A program made the position numbers and the translations under genes. Below are positions 22,806-32,126 of a stretch of DNA of 64,000 bases, one piece after another. Position 1 is the first letter of the stretch; every line of letters begins with the position of its first letter. The notes under the pieces are model-generated. The model was given only the letters and a program-made list of their open reading frames with translations. It made no database searches and was not told the DNA's origin. Source of the DNA: Salinibacterium sp. (lineage in GTDB: Bacteria; Actinomycetota; Actinomycetes; Actinomycetales; Microbacteriaceae); the NCBI GenBank assembly GCA_019638845.1, contig JAHBSZ010000008.1:11790-75789 (forward strand). Direction: 5' to 3'.

Positions 22806-23541
22806 CGGTGTGGTCGACACCATCGTCAATGGGCAGCTCGTGCTGGCCATCCTGCTTGCCACCCTTGCGGGTTTGATCTCGTTCGCGTCGCCTTGCGTTC
22901 TTCCCCTGATCCCCGGCTACCTCGCTTACGTCGGTGGCATGGCGACAACGGACGGGCGTGCATCAAGAAGACGAACCGTCATCGGAGTTGCCCTCTTCGT
23001 TCTCGGATTCGCGATGGTTTTCGTTGCCTACGGTGCCGCATTCGGCTCCATCGGACTGTGGCTCCTGCGGTGGGAAGATCTGCTCACCCGCGTGATGGGA
23101 GCGTTCCTGATCGTGATGGGGGCGGTGTTCGTTGGCGCGATTCCCTGGATGCAGCGCACAGCGCGAATCCCGCTGTCACCCCGTGTGGGGTTGGCCGGTG
23201 CTCCACTGCTTGGCATCGTCTTCGGATTTGGTTGGACACCATGCCTCGGCCCCACGCTTGCCGCCATCTCCGTCCTCAGTTTGAATTCAGGCTCACCGTG
23301 GCGCGGTGCCTTACTTGCCTTCTTCTACTGCGTTGGCCTTGGCGTGCCCTTCATGCTGTCCGCACTTGGGCTGGGATGGGCCGCCTCGGCGATTGGATTC
23401 CTCAAACGCCACGTGCGCGTCATCAATATCATCGGCGGCGCAACGCTGGCCCTGATAGGTGTGCTGATGCTTACTGGCCTCTGGACAGCACTGATGTCCC
23501 AACTGCAATACATCATCGGCGGCACCGTTCTTCCCATCTGA
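22798..23541 (+). CDS. ccdA: Cytochrome c biogenesis protein CcdA (copy 1)
   Basis: SPCVLP and WTPCLGP Cys motifs; 6 TM. Confidence 0.92.
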   Translation: MGDGVVDTIVNGQLVLAILLATLAGLISFASPCVLPLIPGYLAYVGGMATTDGRASRRRTVIGVALFVLGFAMVFVAYGAAFGSIGLWLLRWEDLLTRVMGAFLIVMGAVFVGAIPWMQRTARIPLSPRVGLAGAPLLGIVFGFGWTPCLGPTLAAISVLSLNSGSPWRGALLAFFYCVGLGVPFMLSALGLGWAASAIGFLKRHVRVINIIGGATLALIGVLMLTGLWTALMSQLQYIIGGTVLPI

Positions 23542-23559
23542 CTGAGCAAAGGATCGGCC

Positions 23560-23625
23560 ATGTTTATCCACCCCCCACCGACTACTTCCTCACCGCGTGG
23601 TTTGCGTTGGCGATCGTGTCCAGCT
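23560..23625 (+). pseudogene. Frameshifted 5' remnant of a DUF4396-MCO gene
   Basis: MFIHP/TDYFLTAWFALAI matches MFIQPIDYFLAAWFVLAL of the 12725 gene; own AAAGGA RBS. Confidence 0.7.
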
Positions 23626-23643
23626 TTAGCGAGAGCAAATTTC

Positions 23644-24900
23644 ATGTCTACTGATAAGTCATCCCGCTTCCACTGGCGTAGCCCTTTCAGAACAAGCTGG
23701 GTCACAAGACACGGGACCGTCCCGCGGAAAATGTTTGCTGTGATCGCGATAGTCGCTACGGCTAGCTTCTCACTGATGCCGACGATGGGAGCTCATGCCA
23801 CTGAGTACCCAACCTGGGATGATGTTGCCGCTGCCCGCAATGACGAGGCGGCCACGCAAGCGCGCATTGCTGAAATTCAAGGATTGCTCGCCGGGTTACA
23901 AGCCGAAGCAAACAGGGCGGCCACCGAATCTGAGGCAAAAGCAGCACTCTGGGCGGTCGCCGATACAAAGTTCCAAGAGTCCGCGTCCAGGGCGCAGACG
24001 CTTCAAGACCAAGCCGATACAGCCAATGCCAGCGCCGACGCGTCACTGCAGCGCGCGGGTCAGGTGGCCGCCCAACTCATGCGTGCCGGGGGCACCGAAA
24101 CCACAATGAAGCTCCTGCTGAACCCGGGCACCGCGGATGACCTGCTCTACGGGCTAGGAATGTCGCAAAAGGTCGCCGAACAGGCTAACGCCATCTACGA
24201 GCGGGCTCGGGTGGACCAGAACACCGCACAAGCGCTCACCGACCAGGCGAACGTTGCACAGGAGCAGCTCGCTGAGCTTCGCGTGGTCGCCGAGAAGGCT
24301 TTCACCCAGGCGCAGGCTGCGTCGGAGGCTGCCGCAACCGCGCTAAACGAGCAGATGAACAACGAGGCCACGCTTCGACAGCAGCTTGTGGTCTTGTCCG
24401 AACGCCGGGCCGCTACTGAAACGGACTATCTCGCAGGGGTGCGTGAGAGAGTCGGAAGCGGCGCAAGCCTCGATGCGGGCGAGATCAGCCTGAGCGGGTG
24501 GGCGCGGCCCGCTCCTGGCTACATTACCTCTGTCTATGGGTGGAGTGAGCAGTACGGTACGAGTTTCCACAAAGGAATTGACCTTGGTTTCGCGTGCGGC
24601 CAAAACGTCTATGCGGCGTCGAGCGGCACAGTCGTCTTCGCGGCTGAAGGGTGGAATGGGGGATATGGCAACTACATCATTCTGGAGCATGCCAACGGCG
24701 TGCGCACCGCATACGCGCATCTAATAGCCGGTGGTGTGCTCGTCTCGGCGGGACAGCAAGTGGATGTCGGGCAGAACATTGCGCGGGGAGGCACCACCGG
24801 CAACTCCACAGGGTGTCACCTGCACTTCGAGGTCCGGATCAACGGTGAGACCGTCAACCCGGCCACTTTCATGTCAAACGAAGGGATAACGGTGGGATGA
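23644..24900 (+). CDS. Coiled-coil M23 peptidase (copy 1)
   Basis: Signal peptide, YPTWDDV, long coiled coil, HKGID and HLHFE motifs; start uncertain. Confidence 0.85.
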   Translation: MSTDKSSRFHWRSPFRTSWVTRHGTVPRKMFAVIAIVATASFSLMPTMGAHATEYPTWDDVAAARNDEAATQARIAEIQGLLAGLQAEANRAATESEAKAALWAVADTKFQESASRAQTLQDQADTANASADASLQRAGQVAAQLMRAGGTETTMKLLLNPGTADDLLYGLGMSQKVAEQANAIYERARVDQNTAQALTDQANVAQEQLAELRVVAEKAFTQAQAASEAAATALNEQMNNEATLRQQLVVLSERRAATETDYLAGVRERVGSGASLDAGEISLSGWARPAPGYITSVYGWSEQYGTSFHKGIDLGFACGQNVYAASSGTVVFAAEGWNGGYGNYIILEHANGVRTAYAHLIAGGVLVSAGQQVDVGQNIARGGTTGNSTGCHLHFEVRINGETVNPATFMSNEGITVG

Positions 24901-24997
24901 AATTCGGCATGAGGGCATCGATCACGACCAGCGGTACCGTCAACCGCCAACAAAGGACGGCAGTTTCTGCAATCTCAACTCATGGAACGGAACTACC

Positions 24998-25927
24998 TTG
25001 AAAACACGAAATGACGCCTCTCCCTCCGTCACAATCAACGGAACGAGGGTTCTCGCTTTGACCTCCGCTGCTGCAGCCATCGTCGCTGGGACGATGCTCC
25101 TGACAGGCTGCTCCCCCGCAGCAATTCCCGGTACTGGTTCGACGGGAGTACCAGCGACGGTCTTCGAGCACATCCACGAGCTCGTTCTGGACCCAAATGA
25201 CGGCACGATATTGTTGGCCACTCACGAGGGCTTGTACCGGCTCACTATCGGCGTCGAGGGCGCTACCGCAGTCGTCGGGCCGATCGCTGGCTTGGACTTC
25301 GACCCAATGGGGTTCACGCTCGCCGACGGAATCGCGTACGCATCAGGCCACCCCGGACCGACTACACCGGTCACCTTCGGCCGCCCGAGCCTAGGGCTGA
25401 TCACGAGTGCTGACGGTGGGAAGACCTGGACCAATGTGTCGCTCACAGGGCAGACCGACTTCCACGGGCTGACAGTGATGACAGACGGTGATGGTCCCCC
25501 TCGAGTGTTCGGGTACGACGCATCCGCTGGTCGCATCGAACGCAGCGTCGACGGAGGAGTTACCTGGAGTTCCGGTGCAGTGGTGAGCGCCCGCGACATA
25601 CTCGCGGTAGGAAATCAGCTCTTTGCCACCACCCCTGACGGGCTAGCCATCAGCGATGACGGAAGCGCGACGTTCACCGTCGATCCCGACGCACCTGGCC
25701 TCTATGTCATCGCTGGCGACGGCTCCGGCACGCTGGCCGGCGTCGACACTACCGGCACGATATGGACCCGAGTCGTGGGCGAAGGCTGGGTTCACGGCCA
25801 CACTATAGATGGGACCGCGCAAGCAATCGCTGTCGACGGAGCACGCCTCTACATCGCTGATGATCGCGGCATCGCCTACACCGACGATGCCGGCGCGACT
25901 TGGGTTGTACTTCAGCTACACACGTGA
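24998..25927 (+). CDS. BNR/sialidase-like beta-propeller lipoprotein (F510_1955-like)
   Basis: Lipobox LTGC; HIHEL, ATHEGL, DPMGF, SGHP and DFH motifs; SxDGGxTW Asp-box repeats. Confidence 0.75.
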   Translation: MKTRNDASPSVTINGTRVLALTSAAAAIVAGTMLLTGCSPAAIPGTGSTGVPATVFEHIHELVLDPNDGTILLATHEGLYRLTIGVEGATAVVGPIAGLDFDPMGFTLADGIAYASGHPGPTTPVTFGRPSLGLITSADGGKTWTNVSLTGQTDFHGLTVMTDGDGPPRVFGYDASAGRIERSVDGGVTWSSGAVVSARDILAVGNQLFATTPDGLAISDDGSATFTVDPDAPGLYVIAGDGSGTLAGVDTTGTIWTRVVGEGWVHGHTIDGTAQAIAVDGARLYIADDRGIAYTDDAGATWVVLQLHT

Positions 25928-26027
25928 TCTGACCGGATGCTGCAACGCCGGCCGCGACTCCTCCACTCGAGTCTGACTGCGGACTTGGGTGGCGCATGCA
26001 TTGGCCAACGAGCGAAGCGCCCGCCGT

Positions 26028-26102
26028 GTTGGCCGAATGCTCGGTCACGCGTCCGCGACTATGACCCTAGACGGGTACGCAGATCTCTTCGACGACGATT
26101 TT
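26028..26102 (+). pseudogene. C-terminal tyrosine integrase remnant
   Basis: RMLGHASATMTLDGYADLFDDD versus RMLGHASAAMTLDTYTDLFEDD in the intact integrase. Confidence 0.85.
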
Positions 26103-26106
26103 TCGA

Positions 26107-26163
26107 TGGTGGCTCCGACGGGCGTCGATCCCGTGACCTCACGTGGCAGTGTGATGTCACGGG
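26107..26163 (-). repeat. att-like site: tRNA 3' half (probably tRNA-Phe) plus 13-bp inverted repeat core
   Basis: Minus strand CGTG-AGGTC-ACGGG-ATCGACG-CCCGT-CGGAGCC-ACCA (26143-26107); inverted repeat 26130-26142 / 26151-26163 around an 8-bp spacer. Confidence 0.8.
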
Positions 26164-26229
26164 ACATCGGAAGCGTTTCTGGTTCAGGACACAGGTAACA
26201 CTTAGTCGGTGGTGCGGGGTCGGCGGGGT

Positions 26230-26313
26230 CCTGGGCGTCAGCGCCGGGACGGGAACTGCGCAGGTGTCGCCCTTCCATGCCTCGAGTCCTTCCTTGATGG
26301 CGAAGCCCGCGGC
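26230..26313 (-). pseudogene. 3' remnant of an actinobacterial cation (CDF-type) transporter
   Basis: AAGFAIKEGLEAWKGDTCAVPV resembles the C-terminus of these transporters; no upstream body. Confidence 0.5.
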
Positions 26314-26355
26314 GTGCCCGTCCCGACTTCCAGTCAATTCGGATCAGAACTTCAT

Positions 26356-26826
26356 ATGGTTGGCCGCATGCCGATGAACAGTCGCGAGACTTCCGCAACG
26401 CACCTGACTTCGAACTTGCGGGCAAGGACGGCAGGTGTTCTCGTGCTCGCCACGTTCGCCGGGGCGGTACTGACGGGATGCTCGGCGGTTTCCGACATCG
26501 TCGCCGGCGAGGTGAACAATGCCGCATGCGCAGTCGGATCGGGGGCGATCGAGCAAGTCGCCAGCGACGTGACCACCGCTATCGGCGACATTGCGGTCGA
26601 TCCCGCGGCCTCGCTGGCCGCGCTTACTGCTGCTGAGGGGGCGCTCGGCGTCGCTGCAGTCGGGCTCACGGCCGAACCGGCGGCCAGCGCCATCGAGGAC
26701 GCCAAGGCGACTCTGGGGGAGCTAGTTGCGTTGGCGCGCGACGCCTCCGATGGCATTCAAGTTGACGAGAAGGAGATAGCCGCTCTCTTGAAGCAGTTCA
26801 GCGCAGATCTTTCGGGAGTCTGCTGA
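26356..26826 (+). CDS. Hypothetical lipoprotein
   Basis: Lipobox LTGC, Ala-rich helical body; start uncertain. Confidence 0.65.
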   Translation: MVGRMPMNSRETSATHLTSNLRARTAGVLVLATFAGAVLTGCSAVSDIVAGEVNNAACAVGSGAIEQVASDVTTAIGDIAVDPAASLAALTAAEGALGVAAVGLTAEPAASAIEDAKATLGELVALARDASDGIQVDEKEIAALLKQFSADLSGVC

Positions 26827-26893
26827 ACAGCCGCGCATACCGATTAGGGGATGTTCTCCAGGTTCGAACGGACGCCGCCTCGTATCGTGGAGT

Positions 26894-27757
26894 GTGGATA
26901 TATCCTTCTCACCTGACCTCATCGTCGCGTTCCTTACCCTCTTTGTCCTCGAGATCGTGCTCGGCGTCGACAACGTCATCTTCATCTCGATCCTGGCCAG
27001 TAAGCTTCCGGTCAGTCAGCAGGCGAAGGCCCGCAATCTGGGTTTGAGCCTCGCGATGCTCATCAGGATCGGACTGCTCTTCGTGGCATCGTGGATCATT
27101 TCGCTGACCAACGACCTGTTCGCGCTGTTCGGGATGGGATTCTCCGGCCGGGACCTGATCCTCATCGTCGGTGGGCTCTTCCTCATCTACAAGGCTGTCC
27201 GGGAGATTCACGAGAAGTTGGAGGGCGCTGAGTCCGGGGGCTCCTCGGACGGCAAGGCTGTCTCATTCGGTGCAGTTATCGTTCAGATCCTGTTGCTCGA
27301 CATCGTCTTTTCCTTCGATTCCGTCATTACAGCGGTCGGCATGGTCGACAACCTCGTGGTGATTATCGCCGCCGTGGTGCTGTCGTTCGGCGTGATGCTG
27401 TTCTCTTCGAAGTTCATCTTCACGTTCGTGAACCGCCATCCGACCGTGAAGATGCTCGCCCTCGCTTTCCTCGTCTTGATCGGTGTGACCCTCGTGGCGG
27501 ATGGTTTTGAGGTGAAGATCGACAAGGCGCTCATCTACGTGCCGATTGCCTTCGCGATTGTCGTAGAGGCGCTCAACTTGACCTACAAGGCCCGCCAGGA
27601 GAAGAGGAAGGGTCGGGCGGCGGATCCGGTCAAACTCCGGACCAGCTATGCGAACACTCCGGGAGACGTGGCGCTGGCGGCCTCTATCTCCCGCGATGCG
27701 AAGAGCGGGTCAGTTTCCCTGTCGAGGAAGCCCGTGTCAGGTCCGGACGTGCAGTAG
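26894..27757 (+). CDS. TerC family integral membrane protein
   Basis: LEIVLGVDNVIFISIL, LDIVFSFDSVITAVG and HPTVKMLALAFL motifs. Confidence 0.92.
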   Translation: MDISFSPDLIVAFLTLFVLEIVLGVDNVIFISILASKLPVSQQAKARNLGLSLAMLIRIGLLFVASWIISLTNDLFALFGMGFSGRDLILIVGGLFLIYKAVREIHEKLEGAESGGSSDGKAVSFGAVIVQILLLDIVFSFDSVITAVGMVDNLVVIIAAVVLSFGVMLFSSKFIFTFVNRHPTVKMLALAFLVLIGVTLVADGFEVKIDKALIYVPIAFAIVVEALNLTYKARQEKRKGRAADPVKLRTSYANTPGDVALAASISRDAKSGSVSLSRKPVSGPDVQ

Positions 27758-27761
27758 CTGA

Positions 27762-28388
27762 CTACGGCAGCCAGCTGTACGGATCGACGCGCGACCCATC
27801 AACATAAACCTCGAAGTGGAGATGGAAGAACGTCACGTAGCCCGTGTCGCCCACCGACCCGATCACTTGCCCTGCACTGACTGTCTGGCCCTCGACGACG
27901 GTCGGTGAGCCCGAGATCATGTGTGCGTAGAGGGTGGCCACCCCATTGCCGTGGTCGATCTTGACGTACTGGCCCCAGCCGTTGTCTTCGGTGACTGTCG
28001 TCACGACGCCTGCCGACGCGGCCACGATCGGTGAGCCGTAGTCGGCCATAATGTCGATTCCGTTGTGGAACTCGCCGCCGTCCCGCCAACCATACCCATC
28101 GTTGACAGGGGCGTTCGACGGCCACACCTCTAGAACCCCGGTCCGGGCCGCGACGGCAATTTCCAGTGGTGAAACAGTCTCGACCCCGAAGGCATCTCGC
28201 GGCGTCGGAGAAGCGGGGAACTCGGCGACGTAGAGGCTCTGGGGTTCGGGAGGTAGTTCCTCCCAGGGCGCCGGGGTGAGCGTAGAGGGCTGCTGCTCGG
28301 GTGTTGCCACGGCAGCGGCGGGAACGGTGAGGCCGATCATGAGAGCGCCGGCAGCGCAGAACGTCAGGGGGCGTATCAAGACAATCAC
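27762..28388 (-). CDS. M23 family peptidase
   Basis: Signal peptide, HNGID and HLHFE motifs. Confidence 0.88.
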   Translation of the reverse strand: MIVLIRPLTFCAAGALMIGLTVPAAAVATPEQQPSTLTPAPWEELPPEPQSLYVAEFPASPTPRDAFGVETVSPLEIAVAARTGVLEVWPSNAPVNDGYGWRDGGEFHNGIDIMADYGSPIVAASAGVVTTVTEDNGWGQYVKIDHGNGVATLYAHMISGSPTVVEGQTVSAGQVIGSVGDTGYVTFFHLHFEVYVDGSRVDPYSWLP

Positions 28389-28628
28389 TTTCGGAGGGCG
28401 GCCGGTTGAGACGGAAGTCTCGCCAGTGACCGACCAATCGTGGTCGTGTCAGACACCGGCCGAGCGAGACATCAGACGATGACCCGCACGGGCTCTGGAA
28501 GCACTCAAACTAGACACCGAGTCTGGGTAAGACCCGAGAGAGCTACAACACTCTACGGACTCTCCCAGAGTTCGAAACAGGTCGGCTGCTACCCTCGGGG
28601 CAGTTCGTGAAGTGAAGGAGGTGGAGCT

Positions 28629-29057
28629 ATGTCGTTGTCAGGTGCGCAATCGTCAGTTCGCTTCACTCCCTGGAAGCGCGCACTGCTGGCGCTCGTCGGG
28701 ATCCCGGCGCTGCTTCTCGGGTTCATGGCGATGCACGCGCTGAGCTCCGAGTCCGCGATCTCTCCTGACTCCCACGTCATCGCCCAAGCGCTCACCGCCC
28801 CGACCACCACGGCAAACGACGCGGGTGCCGAAGCATCGGGTGGCATCACGTGCGACCGGTCGTGTGGAACCCTTCACGACATCATCACGGTCGCGTGCGT
28901 CTTCGGCCTCGTAGTCGGGCTGTTCTTCCTCCTTCCGCTGCTCGCACCCCGGTATGGGCTGCTCACACGCAGGCCCACCCGAGGCCTGCTTCTAGCGCGC
29001 AGCCAACTGCCGTTGCAGCAGACCTCTCTCGACCTTCTCTCGATTAGCCGAACCTGA
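28629..29057 (+). CDS. DUF6153-like two-TM Cys/His protein (leader paralog 2)
   Basis: AMH...CDRSC...ACVFGL; C-terminus SLDLLSISRT-stop; AAGGAGG RBS. Confidence 0.75.
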   Translation: MSLSGAQSSVRFTPWKRALLALVGIPALLLGFMAMHALSSESAISPDSHVIAQALTAPTTTANDAGAEASGGITCDRSCGTLHDIITVACVFGLVVGLFFLLPLLAPRYGLLTRRPTRGLLLARSQLPLQQTSLDLLSISRT

Positions 29058-29104
29058 TTCGACCGCCAGCAGACCCGCAACCGCGGGTCTGGTGGTGTGT
29101 CAAT

Positions 29105-30781
29105 TTGTCGACCGATCGAGAGAACAGGCAGGGAATCTCGTTGCGCACAGCTACGCACACACCGGACGTCCGCCCGGACGACCACTTCGACCAAGATCCG
29201 ACAAGCGAGGTACGTTCTCCTCGTCTGGGGCTGGTGGGGTGGCTTCGTTGGGGCTGGCGACTGCTCACGAGCATGCGCACCGCCCTGCTGCTGCTTCTGC
29301 TTCTGGCGATCGCCGCGATCCCCGGCTCTTTGGTCCCGCAGCGCACGGCTGACCCCAACGGGGTGGCCCTGATCTACCGCGAAGATCCAGCCCGGGCGCA
29401 AGTGCTCGAGTCGCTCCAGCTCTTCACCGTGTACACCTCGGTGTGGTTCTCCGCCGTGTACCTCCTCCTCTTCGTCTCCCTTATCGGATGCGTGATCCCA
29501 CGCACCCGTCACCACTGGGCTGCTCTTCGCCAGGCGCCTCCTCGCACCCCTGCCCGATTTTCGCGCCTTCCCGCAAGCGAGATCGCGAGCCTCCCCAAGC
29601 GCGACCGGAACGTGCGTGAACTCGCAGAAGACGCAGCCCTGGTGCTTCGGGCGGCCCGCTACCGGATCGCGTTCTACGACACCCCTGGCGGCGCCTCATC
29701 CGTGGCAGGCGAGCGCGGCTATCTGCGCGAGACCGGCAACCTGCTCTTCCACGTGTCCCTCATCGGTGTCCTCGTGTCCATCGCGGTGGGAGGCGGTTAC
29801 CGGTACGCGGGCCAGAGAGTCATCGTCGAGGGCGAGACATTCGTGAACGCGCGCGGCGCCTACGACACCTTCACCGCGGGACAGCTCTTCTCCGAATCTG
29901 CCCTGCCGGCGTTCTCCCTGAGCCTCGAGAACTTCGCGGTGAGCTACCTCGAGGGAGACCCCTCCAACCTGGGATTCATCACCGACTACACAGCCACCGT
30001 CCAGACCCGCACGGCCGGATCATCCGACCCGGCTTCCTCGACGATCCGAGTCAACGAGCCCCTGGCGATGGCGGGCACCGAGATCTACCTCCTCGGCAAC
30101 GGATACGCACCTACAATCGTGTTCCGCGATCCCGACGGGCAAGTAGTGCTCCGTGAAGAAATACCGTTCCTGCCGCAAGATTCGAACCTGACCAGCTTGG
30201 GTGTCGTCAAAGTTCCCGATGGACTCCGCACCCAGGTCGGCGCCATCGGATTCTTCTACCCCACACAGTCGAACCTCGAGTCGGGCGCATACACCTCCGT
30301 CTACCCCGACCTCCTCAACCCCGTCCTCACCCTGAACATCTTCACCGGCGACCTCGGCATCGACGACGGCACCCCACGATCGGTCTACTCCTTGGACACC
30401 TCAGAGATGACGCAACTCACCGGCGGGGACACCGGCACAGACTCAGTCGAGCTGCGACCGGGCGAAAGAGCAGACCTGCCCGACGGCCTCGGATCCGTGG
30501 AGCTAGTCGATGTCAAACGATTCGCGTCATTCGACATCGCCTACGACCCGACCAAACTCCCCGTCCTCGTCTTCACGCTGCTCGCGGTGCTCGGCCTCGG
30601 TCTGGGCCTGTTCGTGCCTCGTCGACGGGTGTGGTTCCGCTTCTCGTCATCCAGCGAAACCCAGGTCACCCTCGAAGCGGGCGCACTCTCCCGCGGTGAC
30701 GACCCCCAGCTCGAAGACTCACTACGCAAACTGACCCAGCTCATCGCAGACCCCCAAACCACGACGAGAGAGAAAAAATGA
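29105..30781 (+). CDS. resB: Cytochrome c biogenesis protein ResB/CcsB (copy 2)
   Basis: Colinear paralog of 20652-22367 (LTSMRTALL, GNLLFH, VNEPL). Confidence 0.9.
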   Translation: MSTDRENRQGISLRTATHTPDVRPDDHFDQDPTSEVRSPRLGLVGWLRWGWRLLTSMRTALLLLLLLAIAAIPGSLVPQRTADPNGVALIYREDPARAQVLESLQLFTVYTSVWFSAVYLLLFVSLIGCVIPRTRHHWAALRQAPPRTPARFSRLPASEIASLPKRDRNVRELAEDAALVLRAARYRIAFYDTPGGASSVAGERGYLRETGNLLFHVSLIGVLVSIAVGGGYRYAGQRVIVEGETFVNARGAYDTFTAGQLFSESALPAFSLSLENFAVSYLEGDPSNLGFITDYTATVQTRTAGSSDPASSTIRVNEPLAMAGTEIYLLGNGYAPTIVFRDPDGQVVLREEIPFLPQDSNLTSLGVVKVPDGLRTQVGAIGFFYPTQSNLESGAYTSVYPDLLNPVLTLNIFTGDLGIDDGTPRSVYSLDTSEMTQLTGGDTGTDSVELRPGERADLPDGLGSVELVDVKRFASFDIAYDPTKLPVLVFTLLAVLGLGLGLFVPRRRVWFRFSSSSETQVTLEAGALSRGDDPQLEDSLRKLTQLIADPQTTTREKK

Positions 30782-30957
30782 ACCTCGACAACTGGTGGCT
30801 CAACGCCCTCTGGTCGTTGTTGCCGACCGTTCTGGTGGGGCTGATCTTCTGGTTCGTCATCCGCGCGATCATCAACGCCGACCGCAACGAACGGAAGATG
30901 CTGGCCAAGGTGGAAGCCGAGGAGCGAGCCAAGCTGGCGAAGGAGGCCGAGAAGTGA
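30778..30957 (+). CDS. Small single-TM protein (59 aa, paralog of 22620-22805)
   Basis: MNLDNWWLNALWSLLPTVLVGLIFW...ADRNERK; coupled to the resB stop. Confidence 0.78.
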   Translation: MNLDNWWLNALWSLLPTVLVGLIFWFVIRAIINADRNERKMLAKVEAEERAKLAKEAEK

Positions 30958-31748
30958 GCAGCAACCCTGCCGAGGAAACCCGACGACAGGCGCGGGCGCG
31001 CGAGGCGGCGGAGCGTCATTCCGCTCGGCTCAGGAGCGCGTTCGGACCCAAAAGGAGCAACCCCTCACCCGGTGCGCGCGGCCGCCATCCAGCAAGCGTC
31101 CTGGTGACCATGGCAGTCGTCGGCGGACTCTTCGCGGTGGCGGCACTACCCGCGTATGCAACAGTCGATGCGAGCGCCCCGTCGACGGGACCTGCGGGAA
31201 AGCCTCAAAGTTTCGAGGTGAGCGCCGACGCGGCGGCGGCGGTCGGCCCGCCTCGCGACACTTTCCGCGCGACAAGCCCTGAGCAATTGGCTGAGTTGGT
31301 GCGCCAGCAGACCTACCTCGCTTCCGGCGCGCAGGCCCAGGGCGACGACTACCCATGGCCATACGAGGCGACGGATGACGAGGGCGGCCCACTCTCACCG
31401 CTGAACTACTACTACCGAGAGTGCGTGGACTTCGTCGCCTGGCGGCTCAACCGGGACGCCGGATACCCCACCGCACCCTTCAAGTGGAAATGGGCCGACC
31501 TCACCCCCACCGGTGGAGACGGAAGCCAGTGGCTCAGCGCCTGGCAGTCCAACGGCTGGCCCGTAAGCGACACGCCGATCGTGGGCTCCGTCGCTTACAC
31601 CGGCGGCAATCACGTCGCCTACGTCAAGCAAGTCCTGGACGGCGGGTACGTCGTTCTCGAGGAGTACAACTTCGTGCCGCACGTCTACAGCCAACGCACC
31701 GTAGCGACGTCGTCCGTCGTTGCGTTCCTCTACCCACCCCCCGCATAA
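30954..31748 (+). CDS. CHAP domain peptidoglycan hydrolase
   Basis: RECVDFVAWR (Cys), GNHVAYV (His), EEYN. Confidence 0.85.
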   Translation: MSSNPAEETRRQARAREAAERHSARLRSAFGPKRSNPSPGARGRHPASVLVTMAVVGGLFAVAALPAYATVDASAPSTGPAGKPQSFEVSADAAAAVGPPRDTFRATSPEQLAELVRQQTYLASGAQAQGDDYPWPYEATDDEGGPLSPLNYYYRECVDFVAWRLNRDAGYPTAPFKWKWADLTPTGGDGSQWLSAWQSNGWPVSDTPIVGSVAYTGGNHVAYVKQVLDGGYVVLEEYNFVPHVYSQRTVATSSVVAFLYPPPA

Positions 31749-31777
31749 ATCACGACCCTCAGAAGGAGAACCACACC

Positions 31778-32062
31778 ATGAAATGCCCCATCGACGAGAC
31801 GCAACTCGTAATGTCCGAGAGATCGGGCATCGAGATCGATTACTGCCCCCAATGCCGCGGCGTCTGGCTAGATCGAGGCGAGCTCGACAAGATCATCGAC
31901 CGATCAGTCGACGTCTCAGCCGGGACAAGCAGCCAGCCAATTCCGCCGTCGCAGCAGCCCCAGTCGATGTTCGGCCGCGGGGGTGGCCACCACGGCAACA
32001 GCACTGACAAGTACGGTCGACCGCGAAAAAAGGAGAGCTGGCTCAGCGAACTCTTCGACTAG
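31778..32062 (+). CDS. zf-TFIIB-like zinc-ribbon protein
   Basis: MKCPID...IDYCPQCRGVWLDRGELDK; AAGGAG RBS. Confidence 0.85.
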   Translation: MKCPIDETQLVMSERSGIEIDYCPQCRGVWLDRGELDKIIDRSVDVSAGTSSQPIPPSQQPQSMFGRGGGHHGNSTDKYGRPRKKESWLSELFD

Positions 32063-32077
32063 ACCGACACATTAAAG

Positions 32078-32106
32078 TATGTATGCTTGTTCATATGAAC
32101 ACATAT
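32078..32106. promoter_or_regulatory. ArsR/SmtB (CzrA-type) operator upstream of czcD
   Basis: Perfect 14-bp palindrome TGTTCAT-ATGAACA (32088-32101) containing TGAA/TTCA cores in an AT-rich patch. Confidence 0.65.
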
Positions 32107-32126
32107 AGAGCCAATGGAGGGCTGTG

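Noticed and set aside
26107-26163. Functional tRNA gene
   Set aside because: Only the 3' half is present; no D-arm or 5' acceptor strand.
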